From an uncultured Alphaproteobacteria bacterium (GTDB lineage: Bacteria; Pseudomonadota; Alphaproteobacteria; Sphingomonadales; Sphingomonadaceae), in contig CAVVQJ010000003.1 in NCBI GenBank assembly GCA_963750385.1, forward strand, positions 16,831-80,830: 64,000 nucleotides of DNA, given 5' to 3'. Made by a program: the position numbers and the translations under genes. This document shows positions 45,315 to 53,319 of this stretch, piece by piece (positions within the stretch are counted from its first letter, which is position 1; the number at the start of each line of letters is the position of its first letter). A model generated the notes under the pieces. That model searched no databases. It saw only the letters and a program-made list of their open reading frames with translations, and was not told the origin of the DNA.

Positions 45315-46280
45315 ATGCGCATCTTGCTTACCGGCTCGTCCGGATGGCTTGGTCGGTTCCTCGCGCCGATGCTGCGTGAGGCGGGGCACGAGGTTATCGG
45401 TCTCGATGTTGCTCCCGGCTTGGACACGCAGCTTGTTGGCTCGGTCGCTGATCGCGAGCTGATCGACTGGGCGTTTGACGGCAAGGGCATCGAAGCCGTG
45501 ATCCACGGTGGTGCGCTGCATAAGCCCGATATCGTCCGCTGCCCTCGCCAAGCCTTCGTCGACGTGAATGTGACGGGCACGCTCAACCTGCTCGAAGCGG
45601 CGGTGGCGGCGGGGCACGACCGCTTCATTTTCACATCCACAACGTCGTTGATGATCAGCCAGGCGATCCGCGACGAGAGTGCTGATCATGCGGTGTGGAT
45701 CAATGAAAGCCTGTCGCCGCTGGAGCCGCGCAATATCTACGGCGTCACCAAATTGGCCGCCGAGCGTCTCTGCCGGTTGTTCCATATGGATCATGGGCTG
45801 GCGGTCGCGATCCTCCGGACGTCGCGCTTTTTCCCGGAGGATGACGATACGCATGAGCAGCCGTCCGGTCCCAACCTCAAGGCCAATGAATTTCTCCACC
45901 GCCGCTTGACGGTCGAAGATGCGGCGCGAGCGCATGTCGTGGCGCTTGACCGGGCGCCCGAGATTGGCTTCGGCACATTCGTCATATCCGCTCCAACGCC
46001 ATTCGTTCCCAGCGAGGCGGAGGAGCTCAAGCGCGACGCGGCGTCGGTGATCCGGCGGCACTTCCCACAAGCGGCAGACCTCTATGCGCGCAAGGGCTGG
46101 GCCCTGCCCCGGTCAATCGGCCGGGTTTATGACGCCGGGCTTGCCGAACGGCGGCTTGGTTTTCGCTGCCAAACCGACTTTGCCGCAGTGCTTGCCGCGC
46201 TCGATCGCGGTGAGTCCATGCCCTTCGCGCACGATCCTGGCTATGCTTCGCCCATCCTGAGGTCCCGTCCGGGCACTTGA
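45315..46280 (+). CDS. NAD-dependent epimerase/dehydratase family protein
   Basis: MRILLTGSSGWLGRFL (GxxGxxG)...STTSLM...YGVTKLAAE (YxxxK). Confidence 0.85.
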   Translation: MRILLTGSSGWLGRFLAPMLREAGHEVIGLDVAPGLDTQLVGSVADRELIDWAFDGKGIEAVIHGGALHKPDIVRCPRQAFVDVNVTGTLNLLEAAVAAGHDRFIFTSTTSLMISQAIRDESADHAVWINESLSPLEPRNIYGVTKLAAERLCRLFHMDHGLAVAILRTSRFFPEDDDTHEQPSGPNLKANEFLHRRLTVEDAARAHVVALDRAPEIGFGTFVISAPTPFVPSEAEELKRDAASVIRRHFPQAADLYARKGWALPRSIGRVYDAGLAERRLGFRCQTDFAAVLAALDRGESMPFAHDPGYASPILRSRPGT

Positions 46281-46978
46281 CGGGCCGTTCGGTCGCGCAC
46301 AGCATTCGCGCCATGTTCGGCGTCCTTCGAAACCGTTATCTCGATGTCCTCGGCTCGATCTATATTTACAACGAGCATCGCGGCTATGCGAGCATCGACC
46401 GCGTGCTCGCCGCCATAAAAAGCCGGTGGCCCGAAGACAGTAGTTTCATCGCCGAGGTGGAGAAGCACCGTGCCGACGAGCGAAAACATTATCTTTTGTT
46501 CCGCCGCTGGTTCGAGAAGCGCGGCGTGATGCCGCTTCAGGTCGACCGGACCTGCGGCCATATCGATCGGCTGGTGCGGCTGACCTTTGGCTGCAATGTC
46601 GACGACCTCGACCAGGATAGGGTCACCGGGGATCCCGAGCTGTTTGCCAGGCTGTGCCGGGTCATCGTGTTGACCGAGCAGCGCGGCATGCGGACGGTGG
46701 AAACGCTACTCCAATCGCCGTTGATCCATGGCGACAGCCGGCTCAACAAGATTTTCCACGTGATCGAAGTCGACGAACCGTCGCATTGGGCGCCCTATGT
46801 CGGCTGGCTCAAGCGCAATCGGGGTGGAGAGCCGCGGTTGAACGAGCGGATCGCAGACAAGATCGTCCATGCGACGATGCTGCTCGTGAAGCTGCCGGCG
46901 CTGTTCCTGAACCCGTTCGTCCGCCGCCGCGCCGACTGGCCCGACGCGTCCGACCCGGCCGCTCCTCTTCCGGCATGA
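46277..46978 (+). CDS. ferritin-like diiron-carboxylate protein (E...ExxH...E...ExxH), function unknown
   Basis: YNEH..., ADERKHY, LTEQRG, EVDEPSHW are spaced as in four-helix-bundle diiron proteins. TTGA overlap with the epimerase stop. The start could instead be the ATG at 46313. Confidence 0.55.
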   Translation: MTGRSVAHSIRAMFGVLRNRYLDVLGSIYIYNEHRGYASIDRVLAAIKSRWPEDSSFIAEVEKHRADERKHYLLFRRWFEKRGVMPLQVDRTCGHIDRLVRLTFGCNVDDLDQDRVTGDPELFARLCRVIVLTEQRGMRTVETLLQSPLIHGDSRLNKIFHVIEVDEPSHWAPYVGWLKRNRGGEPRLNERIADKIVHATMLLVKLPALFLNPFVRRRADWPDASDPAAPLPA

Positions 46979-47253
46979 GGGGCGTCGCGCTTGTCGTGGC
47001 ACTGGCCCTGATCGGCTGCGGCAAATCGCCGACCATCATCGATGGCTCGTCGCCAGAGGTATTTGCCAAGACAACGGAGAAGGCGAGGCGTGACCTGTCG
47101 ATCAGGGATCGGCTGACCTTCGACACGGCCATGAAGACGGTCGGCGGGCGCCGCTATGCCGACAATGATCCCGACGCCACGGCGCGCAACCTGTTCAACG
47201 GCATGACCGCGGCCGATGTTGTCGCGGATGCGCATGCGCGCGGAATCGAGTGA
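46975..47253 (+). CDS. small lipoprotein, paralog of 44771..45061
   Basis: MRGVALVVALALIGCGKSPTIIDGSSPEVFAKTTEKARRDLSIRDRLTFDTAM...RRYA...FNGMTAADVV. ATGA overlap with the upstream gene. Confidence 0.65.
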   Translation: MRGVALVVALALIGCGKSPTIIDGSSPEVFAKTTEKARRDLSIRDRLTFDTAMKTVGGRRYADNDPDATARNLFNGMTAADVVADAHARGIE

Positions 47254-47262
47254 GGCGAACCC

Positions 47263-48066
47263 ATGAGAAATGCCATCATTGCCGGTCTGCTAATGTTCGC
47301 GGTTGCTCCAGCCGCGGCCCAGGCTCCGTCAATGCAACTCTGGAGGCTCGATTGCGGCTCGCTCGATGTCGATCTCGCCCAATTTTCCGACACCGGCCTT
47401 TACGCGGGGCAGAAACGCACGCTGGTCGCAAGCTGCTACCTGATCCGCGACGGGGACCGCTACCTGTTGTGGGATACGGGGCTAGATGGAGCGCTGGCCG
47501 GCAAGCCCAAGGACAAGCAGGGCAGCCTGCTGCAAGAACGGATCGCGCCGCAACTCGCGCGGATCGGCGTCAAGCCGGAAGCGATCAGCTTCGTCGGGAT
47601 CAGCCATTATCATTATGACCACACCGGCCAGCTTGCCGATTTCCCCCAATCGACCTTGCTGATCGGCAAGGGCGACTGGGACGTGGTCCAGAAATGGCCG
47701 GCGGCCAAGGCCCGTTTCGCGCCTTGGCTTGGCGGCAAATCGAAGGTCGAGCCGGTCGAAGGCGACAGGGACGTCTTCGGCGACGGCCGGGTGACGATGC
47801 TGAACATGCCCGGCCATACCGAGGGGCATCATGCCTTGCTGGTCAGGCTCGCCAGCGGCCCGGTGCTGCTGTCGGGCGACCAATATCATTTCACCGCGCA
47901 AGTGAAGAATCGCGGCGTGCCGACCTTCAACACCAGCAGGGCACAGACGCTGGCGTCGATGGATCGGTTCGATCGGCTTGCGGCGAACCTGAAGGCAAAG
48001 GTCGTCATTCAGCATGAGCCGGACGATGTCGCCAAGCTTCCCGCCTTCCCAAAGGCAGCCCAATGA
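47263..48066 (+). CDS. secreted MBL-fold metallo-hydrolase (N-acyl-homoserine-lactonase-like)
   Basis: Signal peptide; SHYHYDHTG (HxHxDH), MPGHTEGH, SGDQYH. Confidence 0.85.
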   Translation: MRNAIIAGLLMFAVAPAAAQAPSMQLWRLDCGSLDVDLAQFSDTGLYAGQKRTLVASCYLIRDGDRYLLWDTGLDGALAGKPKDKQGSLLQERIAPQLARIGVKPEAISFVGISHYHYDHTGQLADFPQSTLLIGKGDWDVVQKWPAAKARFAPWLGGKSKVEPVEGDRDVFGDGRVTMLNMPGHTEGHHALLVRLASGPVLLSGDQYHFTAQVKNRGVPTFNTSRAQTLASMDRFDRLAANLKAKVVIQHEPDDVAKLPAFPKAAQ

Positions 48067-49061
48067 AGGCGCTTCTGTCCCATTCGCCCGGCGGTCCCGA
48101 CACGCTTCGGCTGGACGATGTAGACGACCCCGTCGCCGGTCCCGGCGAATTGCTGGTCCGGGTCCGGGCGGCGGCGATCAACTATCCCGATGTGCTGATC
48201 ATCGAGGACAAATATCAATTCAAGCCGCCACGCCCGTTCGCTCCCGGCGGAGAGATTGGCGGGGTGGTCGAAGCGGCGGGTGAGGGGGTTTCCGGCTGGA
48301 CGGCGGGTGACCGGCTGATCGCGGTGCCGGGACATGGCGGCCTCGCGGAAAAGATCGTGATCCCGGCCAAGGCGGCCATCCCGTTGCCCGACGACCGGAG
48401 CTTCACCGAAGGCGCGGCCCTGTTGTTGACCTACGCCACCTCGATCCACGCGCTCTACGACCGCGGACGATTGGCGGAGGGTGAGACCTTGCTCGTCCTC
48501 GGCGCTGCCGGCGGCGTTGGACTGGCCGCGGTCGAGCTTGGCAAGGCGAAGGGCGCGCGGGTGATCGCTGCCGTATCGTCAGCGGAAAAGGCCGCGGCCG
48601 CGACGGACGCCGGTGCCGACGAGGCAATCGTCTATCCACGAGGCCCGTTCGATCGCGATGGGCAGAAAGCGCTGGCGCAGCAGTTCAAGGATGCCGTTGG
48701 CTCGTCGGGTGCGGACGTCATTTATGATCCGGTCGGCGGCGATTATGCCGAACCCGCGCTGCGCAGTATTGCGTGGGAGGGCCGCTATCTGGTCGTCGGT
48801 TTCCCGGCCGGCATCCCCAGACTTCCACTCAACCTGACGCTGCTCAAGAGCTGCGACGTGTGCGGCGTTTTCTGGGGCGCCTTCGCGGCGCGCGATCCCA
48901 AGGCGAACGCGGCGCATGTCCAGACTCTGTTCCGCTTGTGGGCGGAGGGGAAAATCGGGCCGAAGGTGAGCGCGACCTATGCGCTGGCGGAAGGCGGCAA
49001 GGCGATTTCGGCGATGGCCGGCCGGCGCGCGATAGGCAAATTGGTCGTGACCATCGACTAG
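48063..49061 (+). CDS. NADPH:quinone oxidoreductase / zinc-type alcohol dehydrogenase superfamily
   Basis: ELLVRVRAAAINYPDVL..., LVLGAAGGVGLAAVELGKAKGARVI. ATGA overlap with the MBL gene stop. Confidence 0.88.
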   Translation: MKALLSHSPGGPDTLRLDDVDDPVAGPGELLVRVRAAAINYPDVLIIEDKYQFKPPRPFAPGGEIGGVVEAAGEGVSGWTAGDRLIAVPGHGGLAEKIVIPAKAAIPLPDDRSFTEGAALLLTYATSIHALYDRGRLAEGETLLVLGAAGGVGLAAVELGKAKGARVIAAVSSAEKAAAATDAGADEAIVYPRGPFDRDGQKALAQQFKDAVGSSGADVIYDPVGGDYAEPALRSIAWEGRYLVVGFPAGIPRLPLNLTLLKSCDVCGVFWGAFAARDPKANAAHVQTLFRLWAEGKIGPKVSATYALAEGGKAISAMAGRRAIGKLVVTID

Positions 49062-49370
49062 CAGCGCATCTGGAAGAATCCGACCGAGTCCGCATGGCCC
49101 GATTGGGACTGGTTCATGTCCGACGTCGCCACCTGGATCTCAAATTGCAGCTGCTGCCCCCTGGCACTTGCCGGACAGAGCTGACGCGAAGCGGGGATCT
49201 CCCGAGCCTGACGATACGCCGACTATCTAGGACGCGCCAATGTACGCTTCCGGATCGACCGGCTTCGAAGAGACGTCTGATTTCCAGTATCGGATTCGAC
49301 CAGTTCGCGGAACTTCAATGGCCTCGCAAGCATTGAATCCATGAAAGTCAATTAGAAAAGAGTGAAAACA

Positions 49371-49916
49371 ATGAAAAAGCTGGCCATGTTGCTGGCGACG
49401 GGGATGCTCGCACTTGCGATTCCTTCTGCGCCTGCTTTTGCAACCATCGAAACCCAGGAAGCCAAGGACGCGGCGAGCGATGCCGCGGCCCTCGCCCGGC
49501 AGGACATGTACGAGGCGTTTGGCGACAAGGAACTGAAGCCCGGGCAATATGTCTGGCGCGACAAGGCCGGCAACGGCGAGCCGCGCGTCGTCATTAGCCT
49601 GGGTGATCAGATGGCTTATCTTTATCGCGGGGACGTCATGGTCGCCGCGGCGACGATTTCCACCGGCAAGGAGGGGCGCGATACACCCACCGGCATCTTC
49701 CCGATCCTAGAGAAGAAGCCGATGCATCACAGCCGCAAGTATGACAATGCGCCCATGCCTTACATGCAGCGCATCGACCAGTACGGGATTGCGCTTCACG
49801 CCGGTTACAACCCCGGCCATCCCGCGTCGCATGGCTGCATTCGGCTACCGTCGAAATTCGCCGCCAAGCTGTACGGCGTGACCGACGTCGGTTCGACCGT
49901 CCTGATTGGGACCTGA
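49371..49916 (+). CDS. L,D-transpeptidase (YkuD domain), small secreted form
   Basis: ISTGKEGRDTPTGIF...IALHAGYNPGHPASHGCIRL. Confidence 0.88.
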   Translation: MKKLAMLLATGMLALAIPSAPAFATIETQEAKDAASDAAALARQDMYEAFGDKELKPGQYVWRDKAGNGEPRVVISLGDQMAYLYRGDVMVAAATISTGKEGRDTPTGIFPILEKKPMHHSRKYDNAPMPYMQRIDQYGIALHAGYNPGHPASHGCIRLPSKFAAKLYGVTDVGSTVLIGT

Positions 49917-50026
49917 CAAAGCCGCCAGCTGCTAGAAAGACCGGCCGGCGCCCCCGGCGGTCTTTCATTGCGCGGTCGCGTCGGCGCGACTATCTGGCGA
50001 TGACAAGCCAGGCATAAGGATCGCCC

Positions 50027-50353
50027 ATGACCCAATTCGACGATCGCGAGCGCGCGTTCGAAGCCAAGTTCGCCCGTGACGAGGAAATGCAGTTCCGGAT
50101 CATCGCCCGGCGCAACCGGTTGCTCGGCGAATGGGCCGCGCGGCTGATGGGCCTGTCGGATGTCGAGACCGAATCTTATGCTAAGGACGTGGTGCGGGCT
50201 GACTTTGAGGAAGCCGGCGACGAGGATGTCATCCGCAAGGTGCTGGGGGATCTTACCGCCGCCGGCGTCGACATCGACGAAGGACGAATTCGCGATGCGC
50301 TGGGCCACAAGCAGGTCGATGCCCGCCGCCAGCTAATCGAATCGTTGGGTTAG
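50027..50353 (+). CDS. DUF1476 / F1Fo-ATPase inhibitor zeta-subunit family
   Basis: MTQFDDRERAFEAKFARDEEMQFRIIARRNRLLGEWAA...DFEEAGDEDVIRK closely parallels the Paracoccus zeta subunit as I recall it. Confidence 0.8.
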   Translation: MTQFDDRERAFEAKFARDEEMQFRIIARRNRLLGEWAARLMGLSDVETESYAKDVVRADFEEAGDEDVIRKVLGDLTAAGVDIDEGRIRDALGHKQVDARRQLIESLG

Positions 50354-50362
50354 GGTCCTAAC

Positions 50363-50608
50363 ATGGCGATGGCGGCGGAAGACATTGAAGCATTGATCCG
50401 GGCCGCCATCCCCGATGCCGTCGTGGAAATTCGGGACCTGGCAGGCGACGGCGATCATTATGCCGCGCGGGTCATCTCGCCCAGCTTCGCCGGGATGAGC
50501 CGTGTTCGCCAACACCAGCTGGTCTACAAGGCCTTGGGGGGACGAATGGGGGGCGAGCTTCATGCGCTGCAGCTCGAAACAGCCGAACCCAGTGGAGATC
50601 ATGAATGA
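50363..50608 (+). CDS. BolA-family protein
   Basis: ...GDGDHYAARVISPSFAGMSRVRQHQLVYKAL...LHALQL. Confidence 0.85.
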   Translation: MAMAAEDIEALIRAAIPDAVVEIRDLAGDGDHYAARVISPSFAGMSRVRQHQLVYKALGGRMGGELHALQLETAEPSGDHE

Positions 50609-50913
50609 CGGACGTGAAAGAGCGCATCGATGCGCTGGTGAAGAAAAATGACGTGGTGCTGTTCATGAAGGGCAGCGCCTTGTTTCCCCAATGCGGTTTT
50701 TCCAGCCGCGCCGTCGCGATCCTCGATCATCTCGGCGTTCCATTCGAGACGGTCGATGTGCTGCAGGACCAGGACATTCGCGCCGGCATCAAGGATTATT
50801 CGGATTGGCCGACCGTCCCGCAGCTTTATGTGAAGGGCGAGTTCGTCGGCGGTTCGGATATCATGATGGAAATGTTTGAGAGCGGGGAGCTCCAGCAGCT
50901 CGTCACGGCCTGA
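50605..50913 (+). CDS. grxD: monothiol glutaredoxin (Grx4 family)
   Basis: VVLFMKGSALFPQCGFSSRAV (CGFS)...WPTVPQLYVKGEFVGGSDI. ATGA overlap with bolA. Confidence 0.93.
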   Translation: MTDVKERIDALVKKNDVVLFMKGSALFPQCGFSSRAVAILDHLGVPFETVDVLQDQDIRAGIKDYSDWPTVPQLYVKGEFVGGSDIMMEMFESGELQQLVTA

Positions 50914-50967
50914 ACGTCTCGGCTCGTCTTCCCTGGCAGGGGTTTAGGGAGGGCAGCCCCCAAAATG

Positions 50968-51018
50968 AAAGGGGCGGCAGGCGGGACCAGAAAACCGCGC
51001 TTGCCGCCCCTTTGATTT
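50968..51018 (+). terminator. hairpin terminator after grxD
   Basis: AAAGGGGCGGCAGGCG...CGCTTGCCGCCCCTTT followed by GATTT. Confidence 0.55.
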
Positions 51019-51184
51019 GGCGTGGAACCAAGTGGACGCCAATAGTACTGCAATCGCCGTGCCAATTGAGTTTTTTGGCGGATTTTCAACAAAAACCCTT
51101 CGAGCACATTTCGCGATTGATCTGATCCTGTAAAAAATCCTGACGCTTTTTTGCTTTTCCCCATCGCTACCGGACAAAGCTTGT

Positions 51185-51217
51185 TTACAACTGTAATCTA
51201 ACCGCTTACAGATGTAG
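51185..51217 (+). promoter_or_regulatory. two BlaI/MecI/CopY-type operator boxes (TACAnnTGTA)
   Basis: TTACAACTGTAA (51185-51196) and TTACAGATGTAG (51206-51217) lie 16-48 nt upstream of the BlaI-family gene, inside an unusually AT-rich stretch. Confidence 0.55.
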
Positions 51218-51232
51218 TCGAAAGGGCGAGGC

Positions 51233-51604
51233 ATGGATCAGCAAATCACCGATGCGGAGCTTGACGTGATGGAAGCGCTGTGGGGCAGCAAACAGCCGCT
51301 GACCGCCACCGACGTCGCCGAGCGGGTCGATGCCCAGCGCGATTGGACCCTGGCCACCGTCAAGACGATGCTGTCGCGGCTGGAGGCCAAGGGCGTCATC
51401 ACGCACCGCGAGGACGGAAGGCGCTATATTTATTCGCCTACAATCCGTCGGGAAGCCTATGTCGGGCATGAGTCGCGCCGGTTTGTCGACCGGCTGTTTG
51501 GGGGCCGCCTCTCGCCGCTGGTCGCCCGGCTGGCCGAGGAAGATGCGCTTGACGATGAGGACATCGCTGCGATCGAGGCGCTGTTGAAGGGTCTCAAGTC
51601 ATGA
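51233..51604 (+). CDS. BlaI/MecI/CopY-family transcriptional repressor
   Basis: ITDAELDVMEALWGSKQPLTATDVAERV...WTLATVKTMLSRLEAKGVITHREDGRRYIYSP. Confidence 0.9.
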   Translation: MDQQITDAELDVMEALWGSKQPLTATDVAERVDAQRDWTLATVKTMLSRLEAKGVITHREDGRRYIYSPTIRREAYVGHESRRFVDRLFGGRLSPLVARLAEEDALDDEDIAAIEALLKGLKS

Positions 51605-53172
51605 TCGACTGGCTGCTGGGCACATTGGTTGCGACATCCGTATTGATCCTGATCGTGCTGCTGGTGCGAGAGCCCGTGCGGCGTCATTTCGGTGCCCGGG
51701 TCGCTTACGGCCTGTGGCTGATCCCGGCTGCCAGGCTGCTGATGCCGACCCTCACACGAACGGTCGAGCGTCCGTTCCAAGCAACGACGCCGATCGAGCC
51801 GTTCGTGCCCGCCGTGGTTGCGGAGCCAACGCTGCTGGCGTCGATTACCTCGCCGGACCTGTCACTGATCGATCAACTGGGGGGATGGCCGGTCGTGCTG
51901 ACTGCATTCTGGCTGGCGGTTGCGTTGGTAATGCTGGCCAAGGGACTCACCGATTTCCGCCGGGAGCGGGCGGCCATTCTCGCTTCGTCCGTCCAACTGG
52001 CCCGGATCGGCTCGATCAGGATCGTTCGTTCGCCCGAGGTCGCCGGCCCGCTTGCTTTTGGGGTCTTCGACAAGGTCATCGCGGTACCGGTCGATTTCGA
52101 CCGCCGCTTCAACGATTGCGAGCGCCGCCTCGCGCTGGACCATGAGCTCGCCCACCATCGTTCGGGCGACCTTCCCATCAACCTGTTGGCCTTTGTCCTT
52201 CTCTGCCTGCAGTGGTTCAACCCGCTCGCCTGGATCGCCCATGCCGCCTTTCGCTTCGACCAGGAGGCTGCTTGCGATGCCCGGGTACTGGACAAAACCA
52301 ACACCGACCATCGCGTCGAATATGGTCGAGCAATCGCCAAGGCCGCTTCGGGACGGGCCCTGATGTTCGCATCCGCGCTCGATCGGCGCGACACGTTGAA
52401 GAGGAGGCTTAGTTCCATGTTCAGCAATCCCACCGCGGGGCGTCGAAACACTGGCCGGCTGATGGTTTTGGTGTCGGCAGCGGTCTCATTGCCGCTGACG
52501 GCCACCTGGGCCACCAATTACGTCGACGCGCCGGCACCACCGGCACGGGTGTCGCCTGCCATCGCGCCGGCCGTTGCCCCTGCGTCCTTCGTTCCGGTTA
52601 GTGCCATTGCACCGACCGCTCCCGTCGCACCGATGGCGGCGGTCGCCGCGCCTGCGCCCGCTGTTCCGGTTGCGCCGGTCAAATCCTTCACGATCCAGGA
52701 CGGCACGGTGATCATCGACGGCCAGCGCAAGAAAGTCAGTGAGTTGAGCCCGGCGGAGCGGGCCAAGCTTCGCCGCTCGATCGCCCAAGCTCGCCAGGCC
52801 ATCGCCGGCGTGCATGTCGATCGCGAACGAATTCGCCGCGAGGTGCAGGAAGCGCTTCGGGAAAGCCGCATCGATCGGGAGGAGCTTCGCCGAGATCTCG
52901 CCGATGCGCGCGAAGAGATTGCCCGGGCGATGGTCGAAGTCGATTCACGATCGACCGAAATGCGGCGCGCCGGGGTCGATCCCGATCAGCTCAAGGCGAG
53001 CATTCGCGCGTCGATGAAGTCGGTCGAGAACATCGACTTCGACTCCATTTCCAGGCAGGCGCTGGCATCGGTCGACCGCGCGCAAATCGAAGCCAGCATC
53101 GCCGCCGCCGAGCAATCGGTGCGCGCCGCGGAGGCCGAGTTCGATCGGATCGAAGCGCTGGACGACGACTGA
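51601..53172 (+). CDS. M56 (BlaR1-like) membrane metalloprotease with a non-PBP C-terminal domain
   Basis: ATGA overlap with the repressor gene. TM segments, LDHELAHHRSGD (HExxH), FDQEAACDARV. After a further TM segment comes an Ala/Pro-rich linker and a ~170-aa highly charged helical region. There is no SxxK/transpeptidase-like sensor. Confidence 0.85.
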   Translation: MIDWLLGTLVATSVLILIVLLVREPVRRHFGARVAYGLWLIPAARLLMPTLTRTVERPFQATTPIEPFVPAVVAEPTLLASITSPDLSLIDQLGGWPVVLTAFWLAVALVMLAKGLTDFRRERAAILASSVQLARIGSIRIVRSPEVAGPLAFGVFDKVIAVPVDFDRRFNDCERRLALDHELAHHRSGDLPINLLAFVLLCLQWFNPLAWIAHAAFRFDQEAACDARVLDKTNTDHRVEYGRAIAKAASGRALMFASALDRRDTLKRRLSSMFSNPTAGRRNTGRLMVLVSAAVSLPLTATWATNYVDAPAPPARVSPAIAPAVAPASFVPVSAIAPTAPVAPMAAVAAPAPAVPVAPVKSFTIQDGTVIIDGQRKKVSELSPAERAKLRRSIAQARQAIAGVHVDRERIRREVQEALRESRIDREELRRDLADAREEIARAMVEVDSRSTEMRRAGVDPDQLKASIRASMKSVENIDFDSISRQALASVDRAQIEASIAAAEQSVRAAEAEFDRIEALDDD

Positions 53173-53319
53173 TCGGTTGAAGTGCCGCAAGGGGGTGGCG
53201 TTGGCACCCTCGTAACCAGGCGTCGCAGGCTGCGATTCGGTTTATGATGCTTCTTTTTTCTCGCCGCCGGCGCACGGGCGATTTTGGCACCAATTCCCGC
53301 GTCAGGGGTTGGACCGCGG

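Noticed and set aside
45234-46070. 278-aa minus-strand ORF.
   Set aside because: It is antisense to the epimerase/dehydratase gene, which has the GxxGxxG and YxxxK motifs.
49062-49370. A small RNA or small protein in the 300-nt gap upstream of the small L,D-transpeptidase gene.
   Set aside because: I found no convincing hairpin-plus-T-tract, promoter motif or coding-like ORF. The best ORF is 34 aa with low GC3.
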